Positions 40,029-53,660 of a stretch of DNA of 64,000 nt are shown here, in pieces; the first letter of the stretch is position 1; every line of letters starts with the position of its first letter. Under the pieces are notes generated by a model, which was not told the origin of the DNA, ran no database searches, and worked only from the letters and a program-made list of their open reading frames with translations. Position numbers and translations under genes: made by a program. Origin of the DNA: Eledone cirrhosa (Eukaryota); assembly GCA_964016885.1 (NCBI GenBank), contig OZ024763.1:4650001-4714000 (forward strand), written 5' to 3'.

Positions 40029-40451
40029 TATCAATAATAGTTCAGGAAATCAGGTAAAACAACCCCGTAAATAAATGTAGGTTCCACTGAAATGCTCACG
40101 CGTTGAGAAACGAGTGAACATGGTGCGGACTGCGACAGGGAAGCTGAGAATATTCCAGATCTGCTTCGAAAAACTGGAAGGGCCGCAGGGTTAAGTGTGG
40201 GTGGGGATTAACGATTAAAATCCATTAAATATGTAATTTCTTTTTTTATTTTTTTTTTATTTTTATTTTTTTTTTTTTTTACTTCAGCCCAAGGTCGGAT
40301 ACTTTTTCGACATACAACGTATGTCATGATGTAACGCAGCAACAGTGTGGATAGCAAAATGATTTGATCTGAAATAACTATCTGGCCGTCTGCAGCATTA
40401 AGGCTTCTATTATATAGCACGTGCACGCGCACGCACGCACACACACACACA

Positions 40452-40526
<75 letters not shown>

Positions 40527-40544
40527 GTCGTTAAGTATGAAACT

Positions 40545-41295
40545 CACTCAGATGGTGGATGGGTGCTACACGAGAATGTTGAGAATGGCTCTGAACATTA
40601 ATCAGTATACACTGAGGATGAAGAACTCAGAGCTGTATGGGAGCCTCTCAAAAGTCAGCTCGAAAGTGACACAGATGAGACTGAGGTTAGCTGGACATGC
40701 TCACCGACATCCAGAGTTGACATTGCACTCAGTGCTCCTGTGGGAGCCCCTACATGGACACACTGGAAGACGGAGACTGAGGTTGGCTGGACATGCTGAC
40801 CGACATCCAGAGTTGACATTGCACTCAGTGCTCCTGTGGGAGCCCCTACATGGACACACTGGAAGACGGAGACTGAGGTTAGCTGGACATGCTGACCGAC
40901 ATCCAGAGTTGACATTACACTCAGTGCTCCTGTGGGAGCCCCTACATGGACACACTGGAAGACGGAGACTGAGGTTAGCTGGACATGCTCACCGACATCC
41001 AGAGTTGACATTACACTCAGTGCTCCTGTGGGAGCCCCTACATGGACACACTGGAAGACGGAGACTGAGGTTAGCTGGACATGCTCACCGACATCCAGAG
41101 TTGACATTACACTCAGTGCTCCTGTGGGAGCCCCTACATGGACACACTGGAAGAGGAAGACCGAGGTTAACATATGTTGATGCCCTAAGGACAGACACTG
41201 GTCTGATGGAGACGCAGGACATGGCACCGATAATGAGGGACAGAGACCGCTTGAGAGAACACGTCCACGGATATAGGGAATTTTACCCGCCCTTT
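40545..41295 (+). mobile_element. RTE-like LINE 3' end containing a 5x 96-bp internal tandem duplication
   Basis: DGCYTRMLRMALNI..RLRLAGH..LLWEP.HG..GRGRPRLTYVD.L..DTG is typical of the C-terminus of RTE-clade ORFs. Confidence 0.8.
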
Positions 41296-41371
41296 ATAGA
41301 TACATGCTTACACATACATAACCACAAACCTACATGCATGCATATATATACACAAAGAAAGATACACGCAC

Positions 41372-41963
41372 ACATACATACATACATACATACATACATA
41401 CATACATACATACATACATACATACATACATACATACATACATACATACATACATACATACATACATACATACATACATACATACATACATACATACATA
41501 CATACATACATACATACATACATACATACATACATACATACATACATACATACATACATACATACATACATACATACATACATACATACATACATACATA
41601 CATACATACATACATACATACATACATACATACATACATACATACATACATACATACATACATACATACATACATACATACATACATACATACATACATA
41701 CATACATACATACATACATACATACATACATACATACATACATACATACATACATACATACATACATACATACATACATACATACATACATACATACATA
41801 CATACATACATACATACATACATACATACATACATACATACATACATACATACATACATACATACATACATACATACATACATACATACATACATACATA
41901 CATACATACATACATACATACATACATACATACATACATACATACATACATACATACATACAT
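41372..41963. repeat. Perfect (CATA)n tract, about 590 bp
   Basis: Direct inspection. Confidence 0.98.
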
Positions 41964-42086
41964 GATGGCTGCCTCCTCGTTATCGAGTATGGCTATTGCA
42001 CGATATAACATTATTAATAATTATCAATTAACGCTATCGTGCAATGCCTGTACGTGAAGATTTTTTTAAAGTGACAAAAGACTCTA

Positions 42087-42138
<52 letters not shown>

Positions 42139-42521
42139 CCACCCACACACATGTATGATAGCTATCATCCCCATAAAGCCACCACCACCGCCGCCGCCAC
42201 ACCACACCACAGACTACTAATATTCTATCTCTTATAATGAAGAATGTGACATCTCCTTTGATAAGAGATAACGACTAGAACTCCTTCTAATGTCGCAATG
42301 TATTGTGTATGTGTCAAAGACAGAGAGCAGGTGGAGAAGGGTCAATTGTGGACATGTATGTATTTCTAATTGTGAAGGCGTGTCACTTAGTGGTTATGTT
42401 GCGGCCCCACGGTAGCGGTGTTGTGAGTTCTATTCTCGGAACTGGTGGTGCCTCCTCGAACAAGACACTTTATTCTATGTTGCTCTTGTCCACACAGCTG
42501 ACAAAAACATATGCGTGTATA

Positions 42522-42552
<31 letters not shown>

Positions 42553-42554
42553 AA

Positions 42555-43004
<450 letters not shown>

Positions 43005-43244
43005 CTGAAAAGTATAGAAATTATTGTAGCAAGAAGCCAACAGTATTCCATAATATATAATATATATAATATATTCCATAATATATATATATATATATAT
43101 ATCATCATCATCATCGTTTAACGTCCATCTTCCACGCTGTATTCTCCTCTCTATATTGTATTTTGAAGAGCCCCGGTAATTATTCCCTTGAGCTCATTAA
43201 ATTACAGGGATAAACGCCACTCCTTAACTCTATTGTTTCTACAG

Positions 43245-43322
<78 letters not shown>

Positions 43323-43359
43323 CAACGCATTCGTGAGTGAATGATAATATATTAATAAA

Positions 43360-43470
43360 TGTTTCTACTTTTGGCACAAAGCCAAGCAATTACCCAGTAC
43401 ATTACTGGTACTTTATTTTATCGACCCGCGTAAGGATGAAAGGCAAAGTTAACCTCGGCGGGATTTGAAA
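43360..43470 (-). mobile_element. 5'-truncated SINE family A
   Basis: Tail, body and part of the B box. Confidence 0.8.
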
Positions 43471-43480
43471 ATAATAATAC

Positions 43481-43889
43481 TATTAATATTCGGTTCGAGT
43501 GCAAGCAAACAGCCTCAATTACACCACGTGTTCAAGACTTCTAACGTCATCCTTTTTTTTCCAGCGGTTGTAGGGAGAATGCATTTATGTATCCTCCATG
43601 TCAGAGCGAAAACAAATTTTGTTTTTTAAATTTTCGGCAAAGCCAGTCGGTAGCAGATTAAGCTAACCAGCCGATGTATACTTTAGAGAATACTATATAT
43701 TCTAAACAGTTCCAGGGTGTAGCAGAAGGGGGAGGAATACTCAATCTTGATATAGGGCAATAACCCCCCGAAACAATTGTAGATTGATTTTCTCTCTGCT
43801 ACTGCTGGAACAAAAGGATAACGTTAGTCATCTAGAAACACATGGTGTAGGGAGGCTGTTTGCTTGTAAACGAACAGAATATTAATAAT
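43481..43889. mobile_element. Element with imperfect terminal inverted repeats of about 50 bp (MITE-like or Penelope-type inversion)
   Basis: TATTAATATTC..CAAGCAAACAGCCTC..TACACCA.GTGTT / AACACATGGTGTA..GAGGCTGTTTGCTTG..GAATATTAATA. Confidence 0.6.
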
Positions 43890-43904
43890 ATTATTTTTCA
43901 CTCA

Positions 43905-43956
<52 letters not shown>

Positions 43957-44083
43957 GATAAATCTACCAAAATATACAGTAGTGTCCAATCCGTATGAAG
44001 AACTCAATGTAATCCAAATATCATGAAAAGAGAAGATGTATTCAAAATTTTTTCGATGAAAATCACAGGAAAACAGAGTCAAG

Positions 44084-44245
44084 ATAAATTAATAAAAATA
44101 ATGAATAAAAACAAAGAAAGAGTTCCTTATATTAAAAATTCATCATTTTACGATGTATCACATATATATCCTAGAAACGATCGTAAAATGATGAATTTTT
44201 TATTATAAGGAACTGTTTCTTTGTTTTTATTCATTATTTTTATTA

Positions 44246-44251
<6 letters not shown>
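44084..44251. repeat. AT-rich fold-back, arms about 70 bp
   Basis: ATAAATTAATAAAAATAATGAATAAAAACAAAG.. mirrored. Confidence 0.88.
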
Positions 44252-44283
<32 letters not shown>

Positions 44284-44360
44284 CGAAGGAAATGTGGTAA
44301 GGAACCAGGTGGACCATAACGCACCAAAATACTCAATACTTGAGGTAGTAGAGTGGGTAA

Positions 44361-44549
44361 TAGGAACCAGTAAGACCCCGACAGCTGAGCTCAAGCCGTT
44401 TCGATGGCTAATTCTGGACTAAATGAAAATTTATCCTGGTATTTAAATGGTTTAAATTTATCCTGATTTAAATACCAGGATAAATTTTCATTTAGTCCAG
44501 AATTAGCCATCGAAACGGCTTGAGCTCAGCTGTCGGGGTCTTACTGGTT

Positions 44550-44553
<4 letters not shown>
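44361..44553. repeat. Near-perfect fold-back, arms about 88 bp
   Basis: 44361-44448 versus 44466-44553. Confidence 0.95.
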
Positions 44554-44601
<48 letters not shown>

Positions 44602-44724
44602 CTGTCTAAACGTATTGTTATTACTCTGGGGTACTATTCCCATTCGAGTGCTAAAGCTACATACCGAATTTGCATTCGTTAGCTTGGCCGCAAACTAAAG
44701 CTTCGTTAATGCTGTACTAAAATT

Positions 44725-44797
<73 letters not shown>

Positions 44798-45220
44798 GAG
44801 TGATACATATATGAGTGTGGCTACCTTTCACGGCGGTGTGGCTCAATGAAAAATTTAATTAAGCAAATAATTATTAATTAGAGCTATATATAACAAATTG
44901 CAAGTTTGAAGAATTATAAGATAAAATATACCCAAATTTTCATCACCCTCGTCCGTAGAAATCAACTAGTTAAATAATCATTTAAACGAGGCTATAAGTT
45001 TAAAATGTAACTATGAAGAAATAATAGACAAATGATACAGACTATTTTCCGCGAGGAACAGTCAGATAAAATTTATCTGGTCATTCCTTTTAGCCCGTAC
45101 AAATTAACTAGACAACTAATCATTTAAACGGAGCTAAGTCTAAAATATAAGTTAGAAGAAATATATATATATATATATATGATATTAAATAAATGGAAAC
45201 TATATTTATAAAACCATATT

Positions 45221-45286
45221 TATTTCGTTATATATATTTCAGGGATATCATATTAACAATATGTTATGCCTTCTTCAGACAAAATA
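45221..45286 (-). ncRNA. Type I minimal hammerhead ribozyme
   Basis: Minus strand: TATTTTGT-CTGAAGA-AGGCATAACATATT..AATATGATATCCCT-GAAA-TATATA-TA-ACGAAATA. Helix I has G-C where other copies have A-T or G-T. Confidence 0.75.
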
Positions 45287-45452
45287 CAATATAAATTAAA
45301 TATGGTTTTATATAATATAAATTAAATATGGTTTTATAAATATAGTTTCCATTTATTTAATATCATAAATATACTCCAAATACTTGTTGAGTGCTTTTAT
45401 ATCAGTTATAAATATTTACTCGTTGTTAACCCAACAATTTAAATATAACTTT

Positions 45453-45511
<59 letters not shown>

Positions 45512-45551
45512 CGAAACATAAGTCAATTGCATGAACTCATAATCCTTTATT

Positions 45552-45609
45552 TACTGCTATATATATTTCGATAATAGCCATTGAATGGCTATGACCTCAT
45601 CAGGCAGTT
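45552..45609 (-). ncRNA. Type I minimal hammerhead ribozyme (different family)
   Basis: Minus strand: ACTGC-CTGATGA-GGTCATAGCCAT-tca-ATGGCTATTATC-GAAA-TATATA-TA-GCAGT. Confidence 0.78.
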
Positions 45610-46070
45610 AGTCAGTTCTTAGATATGCCAGCTCTGTGTTTATAGTGTTGATGGTATCAGAGCCTTGGGACATATATATATATATATATATATAACTTAT
45701 ATAACTTATTTTGTAGATATAACTTATTTTATTTTCTGTGATAGAAATTACATTTCGTTTCGTTTTATTTTAATTTAATTTAATTTTTTTATTTTTAATT
45801 GATTGATAATATAGTTAATATAATCAAAATATAGAAGAAAAAACAGACGCAAATGTTAGGTTAATGAGACCCGAAAATGCAACTGGAATCTTTTAAGAAT
45901 ATTTATTTATTTTACCGGTTTCAAAGTGCTTATATATGTTACAACAGCAGGGGTCCGACGAGCTTTTGGTTCCCGAGTCGGGCCAGATCGATAAAGATCG
46001 AACCATGAGCTGATCATTAGCAAAACGCTCGTCACCAATCAATAAACATAATGAAAGCTTAACACATCGC

Positions 46071-46120
<50 letters not shown>

Positions 46121-46123
<3 letters not shown>

Positions 46124-46290
46124 TAGAGCGTCGGACGCCATGCTTTGCGCATAGAGTTACGGCCCTTGCCATTCTGAGTTCAAATCCCGCCGAGGTTAAC
46201 TTTGCCTTTCATCCTTACGGGGTCGATAAAATAAAGTACCCGTAATGCACTGGGGTAATTGCTGGCCGTGTGCCAAAAGTAGAAACAATT
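46121..46290 (+). mobile_element. SINE family A
   Basis: B box, body and tail; the head abuts (TA)n. Confidence 0.85.
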
Positions 46291-46293
46291 ATA

Positions 46294-46366
<73 letters not shown>

Positions 46367-46842
46367 ACTCATAAATATACACCTATATCTATACACACAC
46401 AGACACACATTTATATATATATATATATACACACATACACACATTATACGTATTACATACATATACACACATATATACATTAGAAACGCAAAGGCTTCTG
46501 TCCATTAAAGTTAATGTTAAGAAATAAAGGTATCAGGGTTTGTGTAAATAATTGCAGGGAAGACAGCTTAGCATCAGGTAAGGTTTACCTAGCGAAATTG
46601 CTGTTTACTTTGTAATTAATCTCTAGTTATTTAGATATTGCTCTTCCGTACTACAACTTTATATGTCTACATGTATCTAGGACTATACCCGTTGACCGAC
46701 CGCCGGTCTGTGTGTCTACTTGTCTCGAAGTATGCCTTGTCTGTGTACTGTGCATTGGCTTTTGTGAATTGTAGAATGTTTGGCGAGACACGTACACACC
46801 TACATATATACCTGTCTGTCAATCTATCTATCTATCTATCTA

Positions 46843-46874
<32 letters not shown>

Positions 46875-46945
46875 TCTATCTGTCTGTCTGTCTGTCTAAT
46901 ATTAATTCAAAATATTAACAAAATAGAACTTCTTTTGATCAAGTA

Positions 46946-47012
46946 TATTTTATTATACATATTTCAGAGGTACTGAGTTAACTTCAACAGTACGTCCTCA
47001 TCAGATAAAATA
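46946..47012 (-). ncRNA. Type I minimal hammerhead ribozyme inside a fold-back element
   Basis: Minus strand: TATTTTAT-CTGATGA-GGACGTACTG..CAGTACCTCT-GAAA-TATGTA-TA-ATAAAATA. Confidence 0.78.
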
Positions 47013-47146
47013 AGATGATGCATGACATACCCTGACATAGTAGATGGTTAAGATTCAGTCATGGTACCTCTAAAGTATGTATAATAAAATATACTTGATC
47101 ACAAGAAGTTTTATTTTGTTAATATTTTGAATTAATATATTTATAT

Positions 47147-47182
<36 letters not shown>

Positions 47183-47194
47183 TCTATCTATCTA

Positions 47195-47226
<32 letters not shown>

Positions 47227-47558
47227 AGACCAAGGGAGCACCCCTTCTCTGTGCTCCTGAGGAGAAGGGTTGCACACTTTTTTCGGGGGTGTGTGCGACC
47301 CCCCAAGGCGCCTCCTCTCTATTGAGGACTTTGTTATAAATCTTATTTTTTGTTATATTTTATTTTATTTTTATATATTGTTATTGCCTCCTCCTTATTG
47401 AGGACGCCTTTTTATGTAAACTCCCCCCGTTGTACTTGTCCCACTTTTGATGCCCTGGTGGCAAATAAAAGAAACATATCTATCTATCTATCTATCTATC
47501 TATCTACACACTTATCTATTTATCTATCTACCTACCCACTTATCTATTTATCTATCTG

Positions 47559-47610
<52 letters not shown>

Positions 47611-47925
47611 GCAAGTTTTATGAAAGGTGGGTGAAAGTGGCGAGAATGGCCCGAGTGAATGGGCCTTCTCTCTATATCAGCCTGTAGGTTGAGGAAAAGG
47701 AGGAGGAGAGGAAAAGAGTACAAACTCTTCGTACTCCTGGAGATGAGGGTTGCACATTTTTTGGGGGGGGTATGTGTTACCCATATAAACTGTCTCCCTC
47801 TATTGGGGAAAATCGACTAACTTTTTAAATTCCATCTGTGATAACATTTTACACGTTTTTATTGTATGTAAACTTCCCCCTTTGTATTTGTCCCCTTCTT
47901 TTGTGCCCCTGTGGCTAATAAAGAA

Positions 47926-47962
<37 letters not shown>

Positions 47963-48096
47963 CACACTTATCTATTTATCTATCTACCTACCCACTTATC
48001 TATTTATCTATCTAACTATCTATCTGTCTATCTACCTACCTGTATAGTCACATACATGTATATATTTGAGTGCCTGTTTATCTATCAATCATATAT

Positions 48097-48472
48097 ATTC
48101 TCAGGAAAATGGGAAAACTCGGCGTATGGAAGCTGTTGGAACAAGCAAAATACCGTGGAAGCGGCTTTGGGTAAAATATTACCTGGAAGGACAGAGATCA
48201 GTGGCTAAATATGAGTTGACTCGGGGGAAGGAAGAGAAGATAGGAAGGAGGAAAAAGAATGAATGAAAGCGAACAGGTCACAAATATTAAAATAAGGTCG
48301 TCAGATCTCAACCCCCAGCAGTTTTGACGAATTAATTCGTTCGTTTTCATTCATTCTTTTCCCCCCTTCCTTCGAGTCTACTCATATCTAGCCACTGATC
48401 TCTGTCCTTCCAGGTAATATTTTGCTGTTCTAACAGCTTCCATACGCTGAGTTTTCCCAATTTACTGAGAAT
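48097..48472. repeat. Diverged fold-back element
   Basis: ATTCTCAG..GGGAAAACTC.GCGTATGGAAGCTGTT..TTACCTGGAAGGACAGAGATCAGTGGCTA mirrored on the right. Confidence 0.88.
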
Positions 48473-48731
48473 CATAATACACCCGCGTCTCAAAACTCTA
48501 TTTTCGAGTTAAATTTGTTTATATATTACCCGAATTACTTGATCGTTTTTTTGGGGCTATGCGAATGATTGTTTAACCATCGTCTCAATGTGTTTGGCCT
48601 TTAACGTTTGTTATAGCTCTGGTTCATCTGAATCACTGAGCACTTGCTGCACATCTCAGAGGTTGTTTTTCGTTATTTCGTGGGCCGAAATGCGATTCTC
48701 GATAATTTATGTTTGTATATATATATATATA

Positions 48732-48846
48732 CTGATGAATTATAGGAGCCCACTTGAATATATATCTATTGATGGTATACAAGCTCCTACATAAATTGGT
48801 ATAATTTCACCCAAATTGTAGGAATCCTATAATGAAACGAGACGTC
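48732..48846 (+). ncRNA. 5'-truncated hammerhead-like fold with long helix II insertion
   Basis: CTGATGA-ATTATAGGA..about 77 nt..TCCTATAAT-GAA-ACG-aga-CGT-C. The 5' strand of helix I is missing because (TA)n lies directly upstream. Confidence 0.5.
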
Positions 48847-49025
48847 CGCCTGGGAAGAGATATATTAGATATGTCTCATTTGAAATAATACAGCCAATAT
48901 TCCACGCAATACTTTTAGTTAGCACCCCGAACACATAATTGGGAATATAATCACTTATTTCCTAATGTTTGTTGAGTGAGTTGGAATTTGGCCGGAGTAT
49001 CGCTAAAAAGCTTTCTCCGATATTG

Positions 49026-49091
<66 letters not shown>

Positions 49092-49228
49092 AAAGTTAAA
49101 CAAGGTTCAATGAATAAATCAAAGAATGAGTTTTACAATAGATTGGAAGCACTCAACAGAATTGGTTTTCCAGAGTTATTAATATTAATTCAAAATATTA
49201 ACAAAATAGAACTTCTTTTGATCAAGTA

Positions 49229-49295
49229 TATTTTATTATACATATTTCAGAGGTACTGAGTTAACTTCAACAGTATGTCCTCATCAGATAAAATA
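49229..49295 (-). ncRNA. Type I minimal hammerhead ribozyme, near-identical copy of 46946-47012
   Basis: Same fold with one substitution in helix II. Confidence 0.75.
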
Positions 49296-49429
49296 AGATG
49301 ATGCATGACATACCCTGACATAGTAGATGGTTAAGATTCAGTCATGGTACCTCTAAAGTATGTATAATAAAATATACTTGATTACAAGAAGTTTTATTTT
49401 GTTAATATTTTGAATTAATATATTTATAT

Positions 49430-49461
<32 letters not shown>

Positions 49462-49665
49462 TTTGCGTTCCAGTCGTGGGGCTGAGGCCATGCTGGGGCA
49501 CTTCCACCGATGCTACACTTTCTATAGCCATTCTTCCTTGGTTGGCCACTGATTCAAAAGCTTCGCCTAGTGTTTGTGGATTCATCCGGGGTATTGTCCA
49601 GTAGATTGTCGATATGTCTCTTGAAAGCACCGCCGTCGGCGCCACCGTCGTCGTCATCAAGTGAG

Positions 49666-49715
49666 TCTTGTTACTGTGGAGTTTCGCCTGTTCATCACAG
49701 GCTCATCAGACAAGA
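49666..49715 (-). ncRNA. Canonical type I hammerhead ribozyme, GUA site
   Basis: Minus strand: TCTTGT-CTGATGA-GCCTGT-gatga-ACAGGC-GAA-ACT-ccac-AGT-A-ACAAGA. Perfect helices I (6 bp), II (6 bp, starting G-C) and III (3 bp). Confidence 0.85.
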
Positions 49716-50218
49716 GTATATATATAATATTGGAATGTATGTATAAAATACCATATTATCTAAAATATTCCAACGTCAACTAATTGAGCACTCACTACTG
49801 GCGGGTCGAGTATAAAAATTTTATTTTCTAAGTAGAAAAGTGGCAGTAACCTCGAAGTTTCAGCGTTGCTGCTTCATAGGTCTTGGGCTTTGCAAAGCCT
49901 GTATAATTAGGAGGAACTGACAGAACTAGAATTAGTAGAGCGTCCGACAGAATTATGTGCAGTAGTTTGTTCTGACATTTCACGTTCTGAGTTTAAATGA
50001 AGCCGAGTTAAATTTCACCTCTCATCCTTCCGAGGACGATAAAATACCAGTCAGGTACTGGGGGTAGATTTAATTGACTTTAAACAAAACTTACATTCAT
50101 ACGGACAAACATGCAACCACACACCATAAACAATAATACACAGACGCACACACACACAAAAGCACACTAACACAGATGCACACAGACACACACACAAACA
50201 CACACACACACACGCACG

Positions 50219-50298
<80 letters not shown>

Positions 50299-51039
50299 TA
50301 CATACATACATACATACATACATACATACATACATACATACATACATACATGGTGGCTGCCAACTCGTTTTCGAGTACGGCCACTACTTTATATCCATGT
50401 AGGAGAACCCCTACCGATGCGCTGAACGAGTGTGACTTTTTAGTCCAGCCAGCGACTTGAAAACTCTGGTACAAACACTACACCTGTGACAATTATTGAC
50501 ACACAGTGCTGGGCCCATGGTACCATGTGACAAGTGCAGAGAGATCTCCAGATATAAAGCAATGCCTGTGCCGTGAAGCTTTTATAGTGAGCAAAGGCAC
50601 TGCACAAAGCCAGTCCCACTCTCTTAACCAAGATGATATTTACCAAAAAGAAGAACAAGTCAACATCATTGGATACCATCAGGGTTGCAGGTGTTATATC
50701 AGAGTTTTCCTTCTCCTAGAATTCTGCCTTGACAAAGGCTAAGGGGTCATCTCTCCCAACACATACATACATACATACATACATACATACATACATACAT
50801 ACATACATACATACATACATACATACATACATACATACATACATACATACATACATACATACATACATACATACATACATACATACACACATACATACAC
50901 ACACACACCTACACAGTCTATTGTACAATGTGACGGTGTTCTTTTATAAGAGACGTCAAGCTATCATCTCAGAAAATCCGAAATGTAAACACAACTAAAA
51001 TGGAAGGTGTGAAGATAGCTTGTTTTGTGTAGAGTATAG

Positions 51040-51112
<73 letters not shown>

Positions 51113-52547
51113 TACATCGTATTGTGTGTATTAGTTTATGTATGTATGAATGTGTGTAAATATATGCATTTTTATATCTATACGTTTTACTATTTATGTA
51201 ACACCCGCTCTCGCACACACAGAGACACACAAACTCTCCAACAAACATACAATCACGTAAACATACAATTTGTGAACATTCAATTATAAGCTGAATACCA
51301 ACATAATTATACAAAAACATCGATACGTCCGTCCCTATTGTCACACCTTACATCAACAATGCCATAACTGTTACCAACGGCACGACCAACAATGTCCAGT
51401 GCTGATGCTACCATTGAAGCCAAAAAGGCAACTTTCTAGGGCGCAATGCCTCATGGAGACGCATTACCCAAATCTTCTGAGTCTTAAATTATTCAGAAAG
51501 GGCCGTATGGTTTTATGACTTCTCGCGTGATGTGAGTGGTTGTGGGTGGACAGGGTAGTGGAAAACGCAGACTTAGTAAATTTCTTAGTGTGTTCAGTCG
51601 ACAACAACAACCTGGGTTCTTCAGCTTCGCAAACTGTAATTTGGAATTCCTTTATTTGGGAGAATGGAGCACATAACTTGGGAGAAAGGGAGCACAATAT
51701 AGAAATAGCTTAAGGTGTTAAATGCCCATGTTCCGCGACAATACCTCCACCATTGTCACCCCAAATACCAATAGCAACACCAGCAATAACTCTTCCTTTC
51801 TCAAACGACTAGAAATATTCTAGTTTCACTTTGACTAAAAACAACACGGGAAGGTTCCCGTAAGAACACCTTTAATCATGTGTCTGCCTGGTCAGAACTA
51901 ATCTAGAGTTATAGAACAACTTATTCTCCAAGAACAAACAATTCCTTTAGTTACACACTATTGTCAGGAAAAATTTACATAATAAAAACGTTGGCTTATG
52001 AAGTCCTAGCTTTGCTGACTGAATATGTGACGGTTTGGCCACAATTATGAGCATTTTATTCATTGCCCTGCTTAATAAAAACAGAGATAGGGATGAGGAA
52101 AACAACAATTTATACACCACAACTGCTTAAACCACACAACCTCCATTAAACCAAACTTTATTGTTTCAAACATTGAACACGAAAAGCATTTGTATCTCCA
52201 AAATGGCTGACTGAATACGTACGTGTTTTTTTTTTCCTGAATTTTCTTCTTCTCACTCTCTACCTTTCTATTTCATCTTTTATTTCTTTTTACTTTTTAC
52301 GCACACACGCACAGACACAGACACACACACAGACCCCCCCCCCCCCACACACACACATATATATAAGAGAGTATTGAAGTTTGCTTGAAGCATTGTGGAA
52401 TAATAAAAAGTTTGGTCGTTTTGGAAGCCTCAACAATGCAGATGGGTAAATCTCCGGGTAACAGAATCCGGTGGTGAAGAGAGAGATGTAAGAGGAAATG
52501 TAGAATGAGACGTATAGTGTGTAGAGGAACGTAGGAAAGAGCGTAAA

Positions 52548-52683
52548 AATAATTGTTTCTACTTTAGGCACAAGGCCAGCAATTACCCAGTGCATTACTG
52601 GTACTTTATTTTATCGACCCCGTAAGGATGAAAGGCAAAGTCAACCTCGGCGGGATTTGAACTCAGATCGTAAAGGGACGTAA
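52548..52683 (-). mobile_element. 5'-truncated SINE family A with target-site duplication
   Basis: AAAGAGCGTAAAAATAAT flanks both ends (about 52536 and 52684). Confidence 0.88.
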
Positions 52684-53514
52684 AAAGAGCGTAAAAATAA
52701 TAACACGAGATACCTTGGAAGAGATTTAATTGTCCTTATATTTCGGATTTCGCCTCCATCAACTGGGGTTTTTTTTTCGAGGGGGAAAGTTTTTAGTCGG
52801 AGAGGAACGGTACGTTGCCTCTGTTGTCCGCCGTTTGTGTACAAACGGCGGACAACAGGGGCCACGTACCGTTCCTCCGTCTTTTGTTTCAGTTGGACCA
52901 TACTCTGGTTTATAGCTACACTTATTGTCTCGCCTTCCCTGTTAACAGAGAAAATATCTTGTTTTATGCTATGTCGTTGTATCTTGTCAATCCCTAGCAG
53001 CTGGGGCACAACCAAAATTGTGGTGAATCCCGGCGTATATCTAATGAGACATAGATACAGTTTTCTCCTGGTATTCGCGGGGATTACGGTCCAAGAGCAC
53101 CCGCAATGATTGTAAAACCGCGATAATTGGACGTGGTCCATAAAAATGCACATAAACGTCAAAATATAACGTAAAATATGATTTTAAAAAAGAGGGAGCG
53201 TCTTATGCGAGGGGGCATCCAATAGGCCAGCAAATACGGTATATTGTTATGAATGATTTAGCGTTAAAAACTATATATTTTGCCACGACAAAAGCCATAA
53301 AAAAATCGCGGAAGATATTTACGATTCCGCGAATATGCGGTGGTTTCCATGAACAATTATTAATTAGGTTCTAAGGAAAATTCCGCGAATGCCGAGGGTA
53401 TATTGTATTTCAGTTTGTTCGTATTGATCCGATTTTCCAGTGTTTGTTCTTCTCGCTGTCGGGCCTCAGATTCTAACTTATCCATAATTACTACTAGCTG
53501 ACGCAGGCCTCTTC

Positions 53515-53520
53515 ATACAC

Positions 53521-53595
<75 letters not shown>

Positions 53596-53629
53596 CACAC
53601 ACACACACCCTTGCACACACACACACACA

Positions 53630-53660
<31 letters not shown>

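Noticed and set aside
37732-40057. 754-aa and 744-aa ORFs on opposite strands; superficially CRISPR-like regular array
   Set aside because: Translation of a stop-free 45-bp SINE-derived unit. There are no variable spacers or cas genes, and the context is eukaryotic.
40537-42057. 506-aa ORF as a host gene
   Set aside because: Chimera of mariner end, LINE tail, tandem duplication and (CATA)n.
52641-53250. 173-aa ORF and a possible Tigger/pogo-like end (AAATACGGTA)
   Set aside because: The ORF runs into a SINE and has no recognisable domain; partner terminus not found.
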